The notes under the pieces: generated by a model
Database searches by the model: none
Seen by the model: only the letters and a program-made list of their open reading frames with translations
Told to the model about the DNA's origin: nothing
Part shown: positions 14,141 through 25,715 of the stretch, piece by piece
Layout: every line of letters begins with the position of its first letter
Position numbering within the stretch: position 1 is the first letter of the stretch
Made by a program: the position numbers and the translations under genes
Assembly (NCBI RefSeq): GCF_964204645.1
Contig: NC_134027.1
Span: forward strand, 17,446,560-17,510,559
Length of the DNA: 64,000 nt
Reading direction: 5' to 3'
Source: Tubulanus polymorphus
Taxonomy: Eukaryota > Animalia > Nemertea

Positions 14141-14859
14141 AGTGAACTATAGTTTGTAAAACTTGCGGAATTTGGATAAGGTCGGATCAATGTGCAGTTA
14201 TCCTTTGCAGTGTCAGACAGTCGCTACTCTTTACCGTAAAAACCCGCATAAATTATTTCGTAAGCTATTTCAGCCCTCACTATACCCCTCTTGATCTTGC
14301 ATTTGACCGCATTTAGTATACGGAGATCCATTGTCTGAGCAACGCAAAAAACTATTCTTATGTAATCAAAGATGGTAAAGTGTCATAAATTGAACTCATT
14401 TTTATGCCCTTCTTACGTTAGCAATCGTGGCGATCGCTTTTGGAGCCTGATTATCTGTATTTAGTTTAATACGGGGATGATATTAGTTACTGCATGATGG
14501 GCCTCATTTTCAGCAATATCGCGTTTACTGTTTATGCATCAGCTCATCAATTATATGATTGATAAAACACTATATCCGTGTTGAAGTGATGTAGAGAGAA
14601 TCCCGCAATGATAATGAAAAAGTCTGAAAATGTATTAACAGCATTATTTCTTAGTGACAACTAATTTCTATTGCCATTGATACTAACGCAGAGCGGGGGA
14701 CTTAGAATCCGTTTCCATCCGTCCGTCCATCCATCTGCATCTGCTTGTAAACACAATTCAACAAGAACCGTTAATAGCAGGACTATGATATTACATAGCA
14801 ATATTACCCCTAGGGAGAGGATGTGCCCTATTGATTTTGGGGTCCAAGTATCAAAGGAA

Positions 14860-15553
14860 AATATTAATATGCGAACTCACTTCCGTGGTGTATGTAAAGC
14901 AGCATATGCTAGCTTATCTGCCGTATCTAGCAGTATCTGCCGTATACGTAAATATCCAGATCCGGAGTGTTTGAATCGATTGGTACATGCTTTTGTTACG
15001 ACCCCTTTGGACTTTAACAATGGAATACTTGCTTTTCTATCAAGTAAATCATTTGCATCTTTGCAACGTGTCGAAAATTCTGCAGCTTGTGTTGTCTGCA
15101 GAGTTGGCAAATATGAACACATTACCCCGATTCTGCAGAAACTCCATTTGTTACCAATCCCTTAAAGGATTGATTTTAAGATCCTGGTACAGGTCTTAAA
15201 ATGTGTTCATGGCGTGGCACCTGAATATTTGCAGGAAATTGTTGTGAACTTGTTGTGGTTAAGTCAAGCTTGAGGACCACCAGATCTACAGACTCAAATT
15301 TTGTAGTTGCCAAGAGAACCCAGACCAAATTTGGTGACCATAGTTTCGCTTCTTATGGTGCAACCATCTGGAACCAGTTACCATCAGATATCAGATTAGT
15401 TGATGACATCGTCTCATTTAAGAGCTTAGTTAAAACATAGTTACTCCGTAGAGCGTTTGGAGAGACAGCGCAGTGAGCGAAGATTTTTTTCGGAATAGCG
15501 CTATATAAGAACTTATTATTATCATTATATTATTGTTATTATTATTATTATTA
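14860..15553 (+). mobile_element. 3' end of an L2/CR1-type LINE with an (ATT)n tail
   Basis: LVHAFVT..LD..N, LQRVENSAA, HITPILQKLH.LP, FGDHSFA..GATIWNQLP, FKSLVKT, then (tat)n at 15514-15553. Confidence 0.85.
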
Positions 15554-15926
15554 TGTTAGAAAACTATTCCAGTCTTTGTTGTATAATTGCTGAGGCAATC
15601 TTTAAATAAAAAAACCTGAGCTAAAATTAAACACGATTTCAGATTGGCTTATAATGATATCATCTAAGCGCACCCAGTTTAGTGTTCCAGGGTTTCATAC
15701 TAAGGCAAGTTTTGATGCCATCAGCTTCGAACTCCTGCCAAGGAAACATGGACATATCATCAGGAGCTGAAAAAGTTAGCAATTAAAACCCGTATGCATA
15801 AGCATACGCATAACATAACCAACTACGAATACATAACCAATTACACTAGTAGCCTAGTGGGATTTTGTGGGCTTACAGCCCTTAATTTTTACTCAAATGA
15901 AATACGAAATTTTATTTTTTTTTTAG

Positions 15927-16010
15927 CTAAGAATAGACATGAGATATCACTATCAAGTATGGGTGTTATACTACTATTAATCATGATTATACCCATCAAT
16001 TGTTTTCAAG
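15927..16010 (+). CDS. Probable host exon encoding a signal peptide (MGVILLLIMIIPINCFQ; ATG at 15959)
   Basis: Polypyrimidine tract + AG acceptor at 15925-26 and canonical G|GTAAGT donor at 16011. Hydrophobic peptide with a phase-1 end, compatible with the CUB exon at 54004. Confidence 0.5.
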
Positions 16011-16113
16011 GTAAGTATGATTTTCTAGAATACCCTTGATACCTGCGTATAGGATACATTTTTAGTGGAGGAAGTAACCTCCTTAATGCCGATGTGTCAT
16101 TTTCGTGAATATT

Positions 16114-17235
16114 TTTCTAGGTTTTTTGATGGGTTTCGTCGTCATGTCTGTCTGTCTGTCTGTGTATGTTTCTTTATGACACGATTTGATTTAAGCTGTT
16201 TGTGTGGACCGATTTTTCTGTAAATTGGCACATATATTCTGTATTTGGTGTAAATGGTGCAGCTTGGTTATTATTTGATTCCGATGTTTATAAGTGCTCA
16301 AATTTGGTTATAAAATGATTGGTTATAAAATAATCAACATTACTCGTTAGTTCAAGCCGTTGTAGTGCGTTACTACGGTGACGCTCAATACACTTGCTGT
16401 GTGTGTGTGTGACACAGAACACGCTTGTACATGGAGATATGATGCGCTCATACAGCACGTGCCCGCTGATCTAGTCTAAAGCCTCGCGCGCGATATTCAG
16501 CGCTAATGCTCCTATTTATTGCAATGCAACAACTGATTTTGGTGTCAAATCAAACCTTTGTACTAAAATAAATTAATTAGTTACCTTGTTGACTTTGAAA
16601 AACGTGTTTTATGACAATATTTTTGATGATTTAAATCGCGAACCGGAGAATTTATTGATTCGATTTGAATTGAATTGATTGCCACAATCGGGATTTCCAA
16701 TATGGACTAAATTAATAAAATGTGAAAATTCAATATGTTTCTCTAAAATTACTCTAAATGTTATTTTTTGTTGATAAAATGCATAAATTTTGGTAAATTT
16801 TAACCTTAAGAATTTTAAACAAGAATAATATCTGCATTGGCATCAATGTCAGTCCAAGTTCAAGCCCGAATCCGTAATTTACACTCCCATCATGCACCAC
16901 GAAAAGCCGCCATATTTGTTACGTTACTTCACTTCAACTGTTTTTTGAGGCGACTAGTCAAAAGTTTTGAGCTACTACGATCCTCAAAAGCTACTTAGGA
17001 TTACAAATTTATGCATAAACAATAGTTAACTGCCATCTGATTACAGAACAGTCAGCTTGAGGTAAGTTGATGGTGTTTTTAAGGGGTGAAATAGACACTG
17101 AAAGCCTCGTCCCTCAAAATGAGGGATGAAAATTAACCTTATATGAGCACTTTCGCCCTAGACGTTGTTTGTAGAACGACGGCTAGGTACTAGACTAGTG
17201 GTATGGGCTAAAACCTGAACCTTCATTTGAAGGAA
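16114..17235 (+). mobile_element. HINE-like repeat, family B copy 2
   Basis: (tgtc)n microsatellite and homology to 13250-14140. The 3' boundary is approximate. Confidence 0.5.
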
Positions 17236-17459
17236 CATGCCTTTAACTCATCATTACACCTGGCCTTAGTGTATCCCAATTAGTCTAGTCCCGGTTACAG
17301 TACGACCTAAACGATTGCCAAATGTACTGGTTAGTTCTCTCCCAAACTGAGTTTGATTGAGTATGGTACGGAGCGCTGAAATGTTGTTTCACATGAAACA
17401 ATTCACAGAGAGCTCCAACTAACTTAGACAAATGTTTTACCGCGATCAGAGACTAAAGA

Positions 17460-19640
17460 ATGAGGCGCACCATACCGCGAAAATATCTCTTTAAAGAGAA
17501 CCTTTGCTACCTTTGCAATGTGGGCGGTAGATGATCACGATAATGACATATTATACAAACTAGACGGATACAAAAGCTTTTTCTTATATCGTCATTTTAA
17601 CCATGCAGGCGGGGTGGCGATATATATTGATATGACCACTACAATTGTAAAGTACGTAACGACCTGAGTATTGAAAATAACACTTTTGAATTGTTATTCT
17701 GCAAAGTGTCGATTTCACGTAATGAAAAAATATTAGTCGGTGTCCTGTATCGACCAGGAGGTCAACCAATAGATCAGTTTACCGCCGAACTTAATTCAAC
17801 ATTGCCTAAAAATAATGTGTTTATTTTTCAATATAAATCTTATCAAAGCAATAACATGGTTTCGCACTCATTACAACCTCTTATTTTAAAACCAACAAGA
17901 GTCACGGAAACATCAGCAACCTGTATTGACCACATGTATACAAATGTTGACAACCAACGATCCCGCATATTGACTACTGATATTTCAGACCATTATTCTA
18001 CCTTTGTTATTTACCCGCGTGCTCGGCCGCTTAAAAATGTACGTACATTGTCCACTTTAGACCTATCAATGAACTCGATATTTTGGATTTTAAAGCGCGC
18101 TTGATCAATGAAAACTGAAGTGACATATACACAACCAATGATCCCAACAAAGCATACAATCTTTTCTTCACGAGATACAAGCTGCTCTACGACTTAAGTT
18201 TTCCTATTCTAACTAAAAATGTAACTCGTCCTTTGTATAAACCCTGGCTGTCCGAAGGCTAACTTAATTCTATCAAAAGCGAATATACAAACAAACTAAG
18301 CGCGCTGATCATCACGAACGTTATAAGAAATATCGCAACAGGTTGAATCGATTGCTTAAAGCTGCGCAGAAACAGCACTTCGCGCAAGCATTAATTACCG
18401 TGAAACATGACCTGAAAAAAACCTGGTCGATTTTAAACCAAGTTATCTGTAGCCCTAAAGATAGAAATATATGCCCACCATTTGTAGGCATTAATGATGT
18501 AGACCTTGCTCCTTCAGAGGTACCTGATAAATTCAATTCTTTCATTACCAACGTTGGTAGAAACCTAGCGTACAAAATTCCAACAACCGAAATCTCTCCC
18601 CTATCATACCTCCAATAAGATTCTTCACATAACCTGTTCTTTAACGCAATTATTCAGCAGGACATTTTATATACTGTCTATAATTTGAATGCTAATAAAA
18701 TTGCTGGACCAGATGATATAAAACCTAAAATTGCCAAGTCTGCCATCACTGAAATAATGGAACCATTACTATACATCTTTGATAAGTCTTATTTATTTAA
18801 CGGTGATAGTTCCCGACGCTCTTAAGATCGCCCCACCCCACTTCATTAAGGCGGCGATAAAAATGAAATTACTAACTACAGACCTATATCAGTCCTTTCG
18901 TTCTTTTCTAAAGTCCTAGAAAAAATTACCTACCCCCGTCTATTATCCTTTGTTGATATTCATCATATCCTCAACGCTCATCAGTATGGCTTTAGGAAAA
19001 ATTCATCTACAGAACTTGCACTGCTTGACTTTTCAGAACATATCTCAAAACAGGTTGAAAATGGCCAATTCACGATAAGTATCTTCATTGATTTATCGAA
19101 AGCTTTCAATACAATCGACCACACAGTTTTGATTCCAAAGCTACGCAGATTAGCCATAATAGGTTTCCCGAATGAATGGATCAGAAGTTATTTATCAAAT
19201 CGTAAACAATATGTATTCTACAAAAAATCTCCTTCCAGTTATCAGCCCATCTCGCACGATGTTCCTCAGGGTTCTATTCTTGGACCATTGCTTTTGTATG
19301 TAAATGACATAATACATGTTTTTAAGTTATTCAAGTTTATACTGTTTGCTGACGACACGACCATTTCTTGTAGCAACAAAGATCCTATAGAATTAATTCG
19401 TACTGTAAACCGTGAACTAATGTAAAGAAAACAAGCTATATGAAATTTGGCAATTTTTGATTACCAGACAATACAGAAATCAGAATAGATAATCAACCAG
19501 TTGCTCATTCGTGCACCAACAAATTTCTTGGTGTGATTTTTGATGAAAACCTAAACTGGTCAGCACATACCGTCTATACCTCTGCCAAAGTTTCACGTGC
19601 TATTGGTTTATTGTTCAAAGCCCGCCAATGTCTACCCCAG
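17460..19640 (+). mobile_element. CR1/L2-clade LINE ORF2 remnant
   Basis: VGVLYRP, PTRVTETSATCIDH, ISDH, NYRPISVL, QYGFR, DLSKAF, VPQGSILGPLL, LFADDT. Many stops and frameshifts. Confidence 0.9.
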
Positions 19641-20039
19641 CACATCAGTTTCAGTTTCATTTATTTGACAAACATATGATAATTTATAATACAAAGACAA
19701 CAGGTTATAACGTTATAACATACGTTTGTCAGGGGATTCAAAAAATCCGTTAGGATTGTCCAGTTGAATCCCCGAAAATTACATTTTGCCTACACTTTAC
19801 AATTCCTTAGTTTTACCATATTTACAATATTGCAACATTGTCTGGGGATGAAAAATATTATCATTCTCAATCCTCCTTTTCATAATTGCATTTGTGATCT
19901 GCTCCAGGGCCTCGTCTTGACAATCACATAATGATTTCCGAGGTCCTGATGATTGTCATGCATTATATGTATAAACTATGTAACAATTATGTATTTATAT
20001 TTGTACCATAATAATCATCAAATAAATCAAATCAAAACC

Positions 20040-20788
20040 TCTGTTGTTTCCTGAGTTTTGAGAGGAAAAGCCTCGGGCCATTTACTCCAGCTATCTACCA
20101 CGAGTAGGATATGCTTATTACCATCAGGAAGATTACAAAGGAAGTCAATGTGCCCGCTGGAGAATAAGCCTTCAATTGGTAATGGTTGTAAGGGTGTTGG
20201 ATGATTTTAGTAATTCTGTTTGACCTGTTGGCAATTCTCACAAGTAGAAACATATTTCCTGCAATCTTCATACATGGAATCCCAATGATATTTATTGCGT
20301 AAAACACCATAAAGACGATCTCGACCCTGGTGGCAATCTCCCGCGAATGAATCGTGGTAAGATTTCAATATTTCTGACCATAAGGATCTAGGAACTTCAA
20401 GAACTGGGATGACCTTCTTGGCTATAGGAATACCAGTAACTCTAGGCGTATACAAATAATATCACATGCCATCGATAATACCATATTGGTTGGCCTTCGA
20501 AGTGAGCTTCCGAAACAGTTTTTCATCATTGACAGCATATGATGGATCTAACTTATGTTCCAACATGTGACACACTTCGGGGCAATTCCTCTGTAAGTGA
20601 CTTATATTAGCAGGTTCAATCAGTTTAATCTCCTTATATGTATCAGGAGTTAACTCAGCCACCACGGGGTTAGTATAATCAAAAACGACATCATAAGACT
20701 GAGATCCATTTGTCATTGCTGTGAAAACAGATTCTTGTGAAGGATCATCAGGTCTAGGAGGAGGAGGTTTATAATCTCGTCTACTTAA
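20040..20788 (-). mobile_element. Gypsy pol remnant: linker and integrase zinc-binding domain
   Basis: YHDS..GDCHQG.DR....LRNKYHW..M..D..KYV..C..CQQ (HHCC), followed by integrase-core start residues (DSWSKWPEAFPL). Continues the 22942-23930 frame. Confidence 0.85.
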
Positions 20789-22941
20789 AGGGTAACTGAC
20801 ACTTTTTAAAAGATTTTCTACTTTTTACACTAAACGATATATTATAGTATACAATAAGGCTAGGTGATTTCATAATTGGAAAAATCTTTTCAACCTTGTC
20901 AGAATTGATGATTTTGATGTTCCCGCACCTGTTCAGTGTATACATTGCTTCTGCTGAACGCGTGGTACTGTGTCTATTAATAGAACTACGTCACTAAAGT
21001 GACGGCTCGGAAATGATGTCTATAGAAATGAATTGAAAATAAGCTACAAGAGCAATTCAACTTAATTTTATACCTATTTGGCATTCGAGTTGAGACAAAA
21101 TGCCTCTTGATTTTGAGAGTCTACATATTAATGAGTATAATTAGCTGTCGAATGGATCATATCCATTCAAACTAAGCGCAAAAATAGGATTTGAATAGCA
21201 TTCCATGGCATTTTCTAGTAGACAGCAAGGAACACGGATGTTTAAATCATCGTTTTGTATTATCATTTAGTGATAGTAAGTAAGATCATGGTTAGATCTA
21301 AGAATATTTTGACTTATGAACTGATGAAACTTAGACAGAATTAGCCGCAAGAACAATTTCAATTCTTTTCTTGAAATATACCTTGTATTGGTAGCGGCTT
21401 AGGTCACAAAATTAGAATATTTCCACATCCATCCTATTTTAAAACTTAGAAATAATTTTTGTGAAAGATTTGTGATGTAATCTATCAAAAATCTTCTGCA
21501 ACGTGAAACTTTAATTGAAAAACATTATTTCTTTGAATATTTGTTGTAAAGGCTGTAGAAATTTATTGAAAGTTTTTGTAGAGTTTTGAAGTGTTAGTTT
21601 ACAAACTACTTAGTCTTAAATGACTATGAAAAATAGTAAATAGTAAACGAATATGAAACTATTTATTCTTTAGTGAGATCAAAATCTGTGATCACTTATA
21701 AGACATTCTATAGTATGCTTGTGGTGCTGAACTATGGAGCACCAGTAACAGTGCTGAGAGCTTAGCATAGTGTACTTTAATAGCTTCATAAAGTCTATCC
21801 CAGTGGTTATGATCGCCGGTGCATCAAACAGTTCATATCATCGCAGATCTGGAACCCTGTGGTTTCTATGTGCTCAACCCTGCAAGTAACTGAGGTCAGG
21901 CAACTACTACATTCAAGAGTGAATAATACTAAAGTTTTCCCATCCTGGTCAGTCATTCTCTTTATTCCTCTAGATTTGGTTTTTCTTGTATATTTTCAAA
22001 GAACACCGATTACTTAAAATGTATTTTAGCGTGGAATTTCGTGGATTAATTTCTTATTTTGTGCACTAAACAAAGCTAGACATGCTCAAATATGTTAAAA
22101 AATGACTATTCGTGGATTTGATTATCTTCTCATGGAGTCGTACATACTGTGCTGCTAATATGCTTAAACACCCGTCCAAATATAATGTTTCAACTTGAAA
22201 ATTAGATCTGACACTTTCTAATGTAAACATTGACTTTGGTATCCTTGGAAAATATTCACTCTTGAATGCAACAAGACTTCAAAGCTAATTTTTCCTTGCT
22301 AATTTCTTCATTTTCTAAGTGTAAGCTTCGAAAAGTTTTGCTCTTTATTCACTCTTGCCTGTTACTATAGTAACAAGCAGCTGGGGTCCAGCGAGTCAGC
22401 GATGCTCATGATGAGTTTGACCACTTACAGCTGTCAGTATCAATTAAATTGTTGTTGATACTGGCTCTTTGAGAGTGGAAATGCTGCGATCATAACCACA
22501 GGGATAGACTTTAGCAGCGGATTGAAATCTGCATCTTCAATTTGATCGATTTAGCCTATTCAAATTACTCATTGATTCTTTGAAATAGGTTTTTGCAATA
22601 GACAATAGATCCTTTTACCTCCCTGGCCAGTTTCAAAGCTGTAAAACAATCTGGCATTGAGATATAACAGAAAATACACGCAGTTTCCTCAAAATTCAAC
22701 GCATTTCTATAGACGCTATTTCTCGGCTCTGCCTTTAATGACGTTGCAGCGCGCACCTGCTGATTTAGCCGACGCTGAACAGTAAGCGATGTAAACAACG
22801 AAATGAGGTCAAAAATCTTTGTTACAAAATCACAAATTGCACGTAAACTAAACATTTTGGAACAGAACGGTTGAAGATGAGTGTATAGATTAATAGAATA
22901 CATCGTATTTTGAAATAAAAAAAAAAGGTGTCAATTACCCT
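20789..22941. mobile_element. Kolobok-type non-autonomous DNA transposon inserted in Gypsy pol
   Basis: TIRs AGGGTAACTGACAC / GTGTCAATTACCCT, flanked by TTAA (20785-88) and ATAA (22942-45). Removing it restores the Gypsy DGLSRR motif. Confidence 0.75.
21789..22513. mobile_element. Nested MITE with ~28-bp TIRs
   Basis: taaagtctatcccagtggttatgatcgc vs gcgatcataaccacagggatagacttta. Confidence 0.65.
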
Positions 22942-23930
22942 ATAAACCGTCGCAATAACCATTTTTCTTACCCGGTCGGTGTTCAACAGAGAAGTTATAC
23001 GCTTGAAGAATAAATAGTTAACCTATATAGTACTACTTGTCTCATTACTTATCTTAAACCAGGTTAACACGGCTACTCTACGAATACGCTTGAAGAGCCA
23101 ATTCCCAATGTCCTATACGTTTATTTAGTGGGTTTTCATGAATATACGTGAAACTTTTGTTCTCAGGATACACGGTGAATTCATTACCAATCAAAGCTAA
23201 ACCTTCCTTATCTCTAATATGCCATTTCTTTTCGTTTGCACGTAACACGCGATTACCATATCCAATAACATGTTCTGAATTATTCTTTTTCTGAGACAAA
23301 ACGTAACCGATAGCATAGTCTGAAGAGTCAACTGAGAGATAGAAACGAGAATTGAATCAGGGAATATCAAAATTGGATCACTAGTTAATCTCTGTTTAAG
23401 TGTATCAAAAGCTTCCTGACAATCAGGAGTCCATTTGAATTTCACATCCTTACAGTTCAAAGCATTCAAGGGAGAAACTATCGATGCATAATTTTCAATG
23501 AACTTCCTGTAAAAATTTGTTAATCCTAGAAAACTTCGTAATTGTTTGACATTGGACGGAACCGGAAAGCTGTTAACCTTTTCGATGTTTTTTTTACAAG
23601 TACGAAGACCCTCTGCTGATAACATATAACCCAGATATTCAACGTCTGGGACTGCAAATTCACACTTAGTTGGTTCCGCAAATAGACCGGCTTGTTTAAG
23701 CTTCTCAAAAACATTTGATAAATGAACTAGGTGACTGTCAAAATCTTCAGAGAATATTAGATCATCAATGAAACACAATACATATTGCCAATTCAAATGA
23801 CCTAAACATTTTGACATAAGCATCTGAAAAGCCATAGGACCATTTTCAATTCCCATCGGCATTCTTTTAAAGCACATTTTGCCTTGCGTCGTTTGAAAAG
23901 CTGTTTTATGACGCGATTCTTCATGTATCT
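22942..23930 (-). mobile_element. Gypsy pol remnant: RT and RNase H
   Basis: KTAF, RMPMG..NGP..FQ, FIDD, KCEF, LRSFLGLTNFYRKFI, WTPDCQEAF..LK, RNase H (RW.LALQAY.F.VEHRPGKKN). Confidence 0.92.
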
Positions 23931-24202
23931 GGTTAAATCATGAATTAAGATCTGATTTAGATGTTTCACGACAAACGCACGATTTAAATTGATAAGATAT
24001 CCTAAGATATCTAGGTAAGTTTCAAGAACTAGGGGACTAGGTTGTTAACACAGTTTATATCAACCCGCCATCTAAATAATTACCTCCACTGTAATTTGCA
24101 TTAATTACTACAACAGCCGATGATTTTTGTTCAAAGTAATAGACTACTTAGAAACCACAACAACCCAAACTAATCCGTCAATATAATCACAAATAAAAGA
24201 AC

Positions 24203-24478
24203 ACGGCCCGCCATGATGTCACACTAATTACCACCAAAAAACGTCCGACTACTATCATCTGAAGCGGGGTGTCCAGCGGGCGCAACGGAAAGGCCGCAAA
24301 TGATACAATTCAACCAGTAATTTAACACCCGTTCTTTGGATAAATGGAAAACAACATTACGGTGATAAAAACAGACACCACACAAAAATGAAGAGACAAC
24401 AAATAAGGGGGCACCTCCATATTCACAATTCACATCCCAAAGAACAAAGACTTGGTGTAGATATTCCCCCCCCCCCAA
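24203..24478 (-). mobile_element. Possible LTR flanked by a polypurine tract and a PBS-like TGGCG
   Basis: Minus strand: G-run plus AATA, ~240 bp ending GTGTGACA, then TCA-TGGCGGGCCG. Confidence 0.3.
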
Positions 24479-24621
24479 TTTTCATGAAACAACCACAAAC
24501 AACTCATCAATTACCAATTCATAACAACTAATTTTATTTACGTACGGTACATAAAACAAAATTAATACAATCCTCAAATTTAATGCATCAGACTAAATAA
24601 GCAATCAAACCTACGATCTTA

Positions 24622-25003
24622 ACACACACTCCAGTACCGTACACACTCATTCTCACTCACAGTACACGCTTACACTCACACTAAATTATTAGACACTCTT
24701 ATTCTCACTCGTACTCAAACTACACACTCACTCTCACCTACGAGCAATTATCTAGTTTAGATAATTGCTCGTAGCTCTCAGTACCGTACACGCTTACAGT
24801 CACTGACACTTACATTACACTCTCACTCAAACACTTTCACTCACTGACACTCACAGTACACACTCACTCACCGTACACGCTCACAGTCGCTCACTCACTC
24901 AATCACTCACTCACTGACACTCACAGTACACACCCACTCTCACTCACTCTCTCGCACTTACAGTACAAAGTACACAGTACACTGTACACAGTACACTCAC
25001 TCA
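24622..25003 (+). repeat. Low-complexity (cact/acactc)n microsatellite-like tract
   Basis: Dense acactcactc / cagtacac motifs. Confidence 0.8.
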
Positions 25004-25032
25004 TCTTTTATCTGAATCTGTTCAACATTTTT

Positions 25033-25572
25033 TGAGGTGTAGTCGTAGAGCTGCAGAGTTGTCTGTACATGTACCACGTTCTATATATATATATTTTTCA
25101 GTTGTTGAGGTGTCGAGGTGTAGAGGTGTAGAGTTGTCTGTACCAAAACCACATTCTCTCTATATCTTTGTCAGTTGTTGAGGTGTCGAGGTGTAGAGTT
25201 GTCTGTACCAAAACCACATTCTCTCTATATCTCTGTCAGTTGTTGAGGTGTCGAGGTGTAGAGTTGTCTGTACCAAAACCACATTCTCTCTATATCTCTG
25301 TCAGTTGTTGAGGTGTAGAGGTGTAGAGTTGTCTGTACCAAAACCACATTCTCTCTACTATATCTCTGTCAGTTGTTGAGGTGTCGAGGTGTAGAGCTGT
25401 AGAGTTGTCTGTACCAAAACCACATTCTCTCTATATCTCTGTCAGTTGTTGAGGTGTTGAGGTGTAGAGCTGTAGAGTTGTCTGTAACAAAGCCACATTC
25501 TCTCTATATCTTTGTCAGTTGTTGAGGTGTAGAACTGTAGAGTTGTCATTCATAAAAGCCACGTTCTCTCTT
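25033..25572 (+). repeat. ~55-70-bp minisatellite, ~8 copies
   Basis: Unit gttgttgaggtgtcgaggtgtagagttgtctgtaccaaaaccacattctctctatatctctgtca, with a variable number of gaggtgta sub-units. Confidence 0.9.
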
Positions 25573-25715
25573 TATCATCATGTAGGCTATGTCGCACCGC
25601 CATCTATCCACCAGTCCTTTTTGGTTTGCAAAGTATCGCCAGGTACCATCTATAGACAATTTACGGGAGCTACCAGCCGCTATAGTCCCCTATTCTTAAA
25701 TCGCACCGATATCTA

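Noticed and set aside
25033-25572. CRISPR-like regular repeats
   Set aside because: The units are contiguous with no unique spacers, there are no cas genes and the context is eukaryotic. It is a minisatellite.
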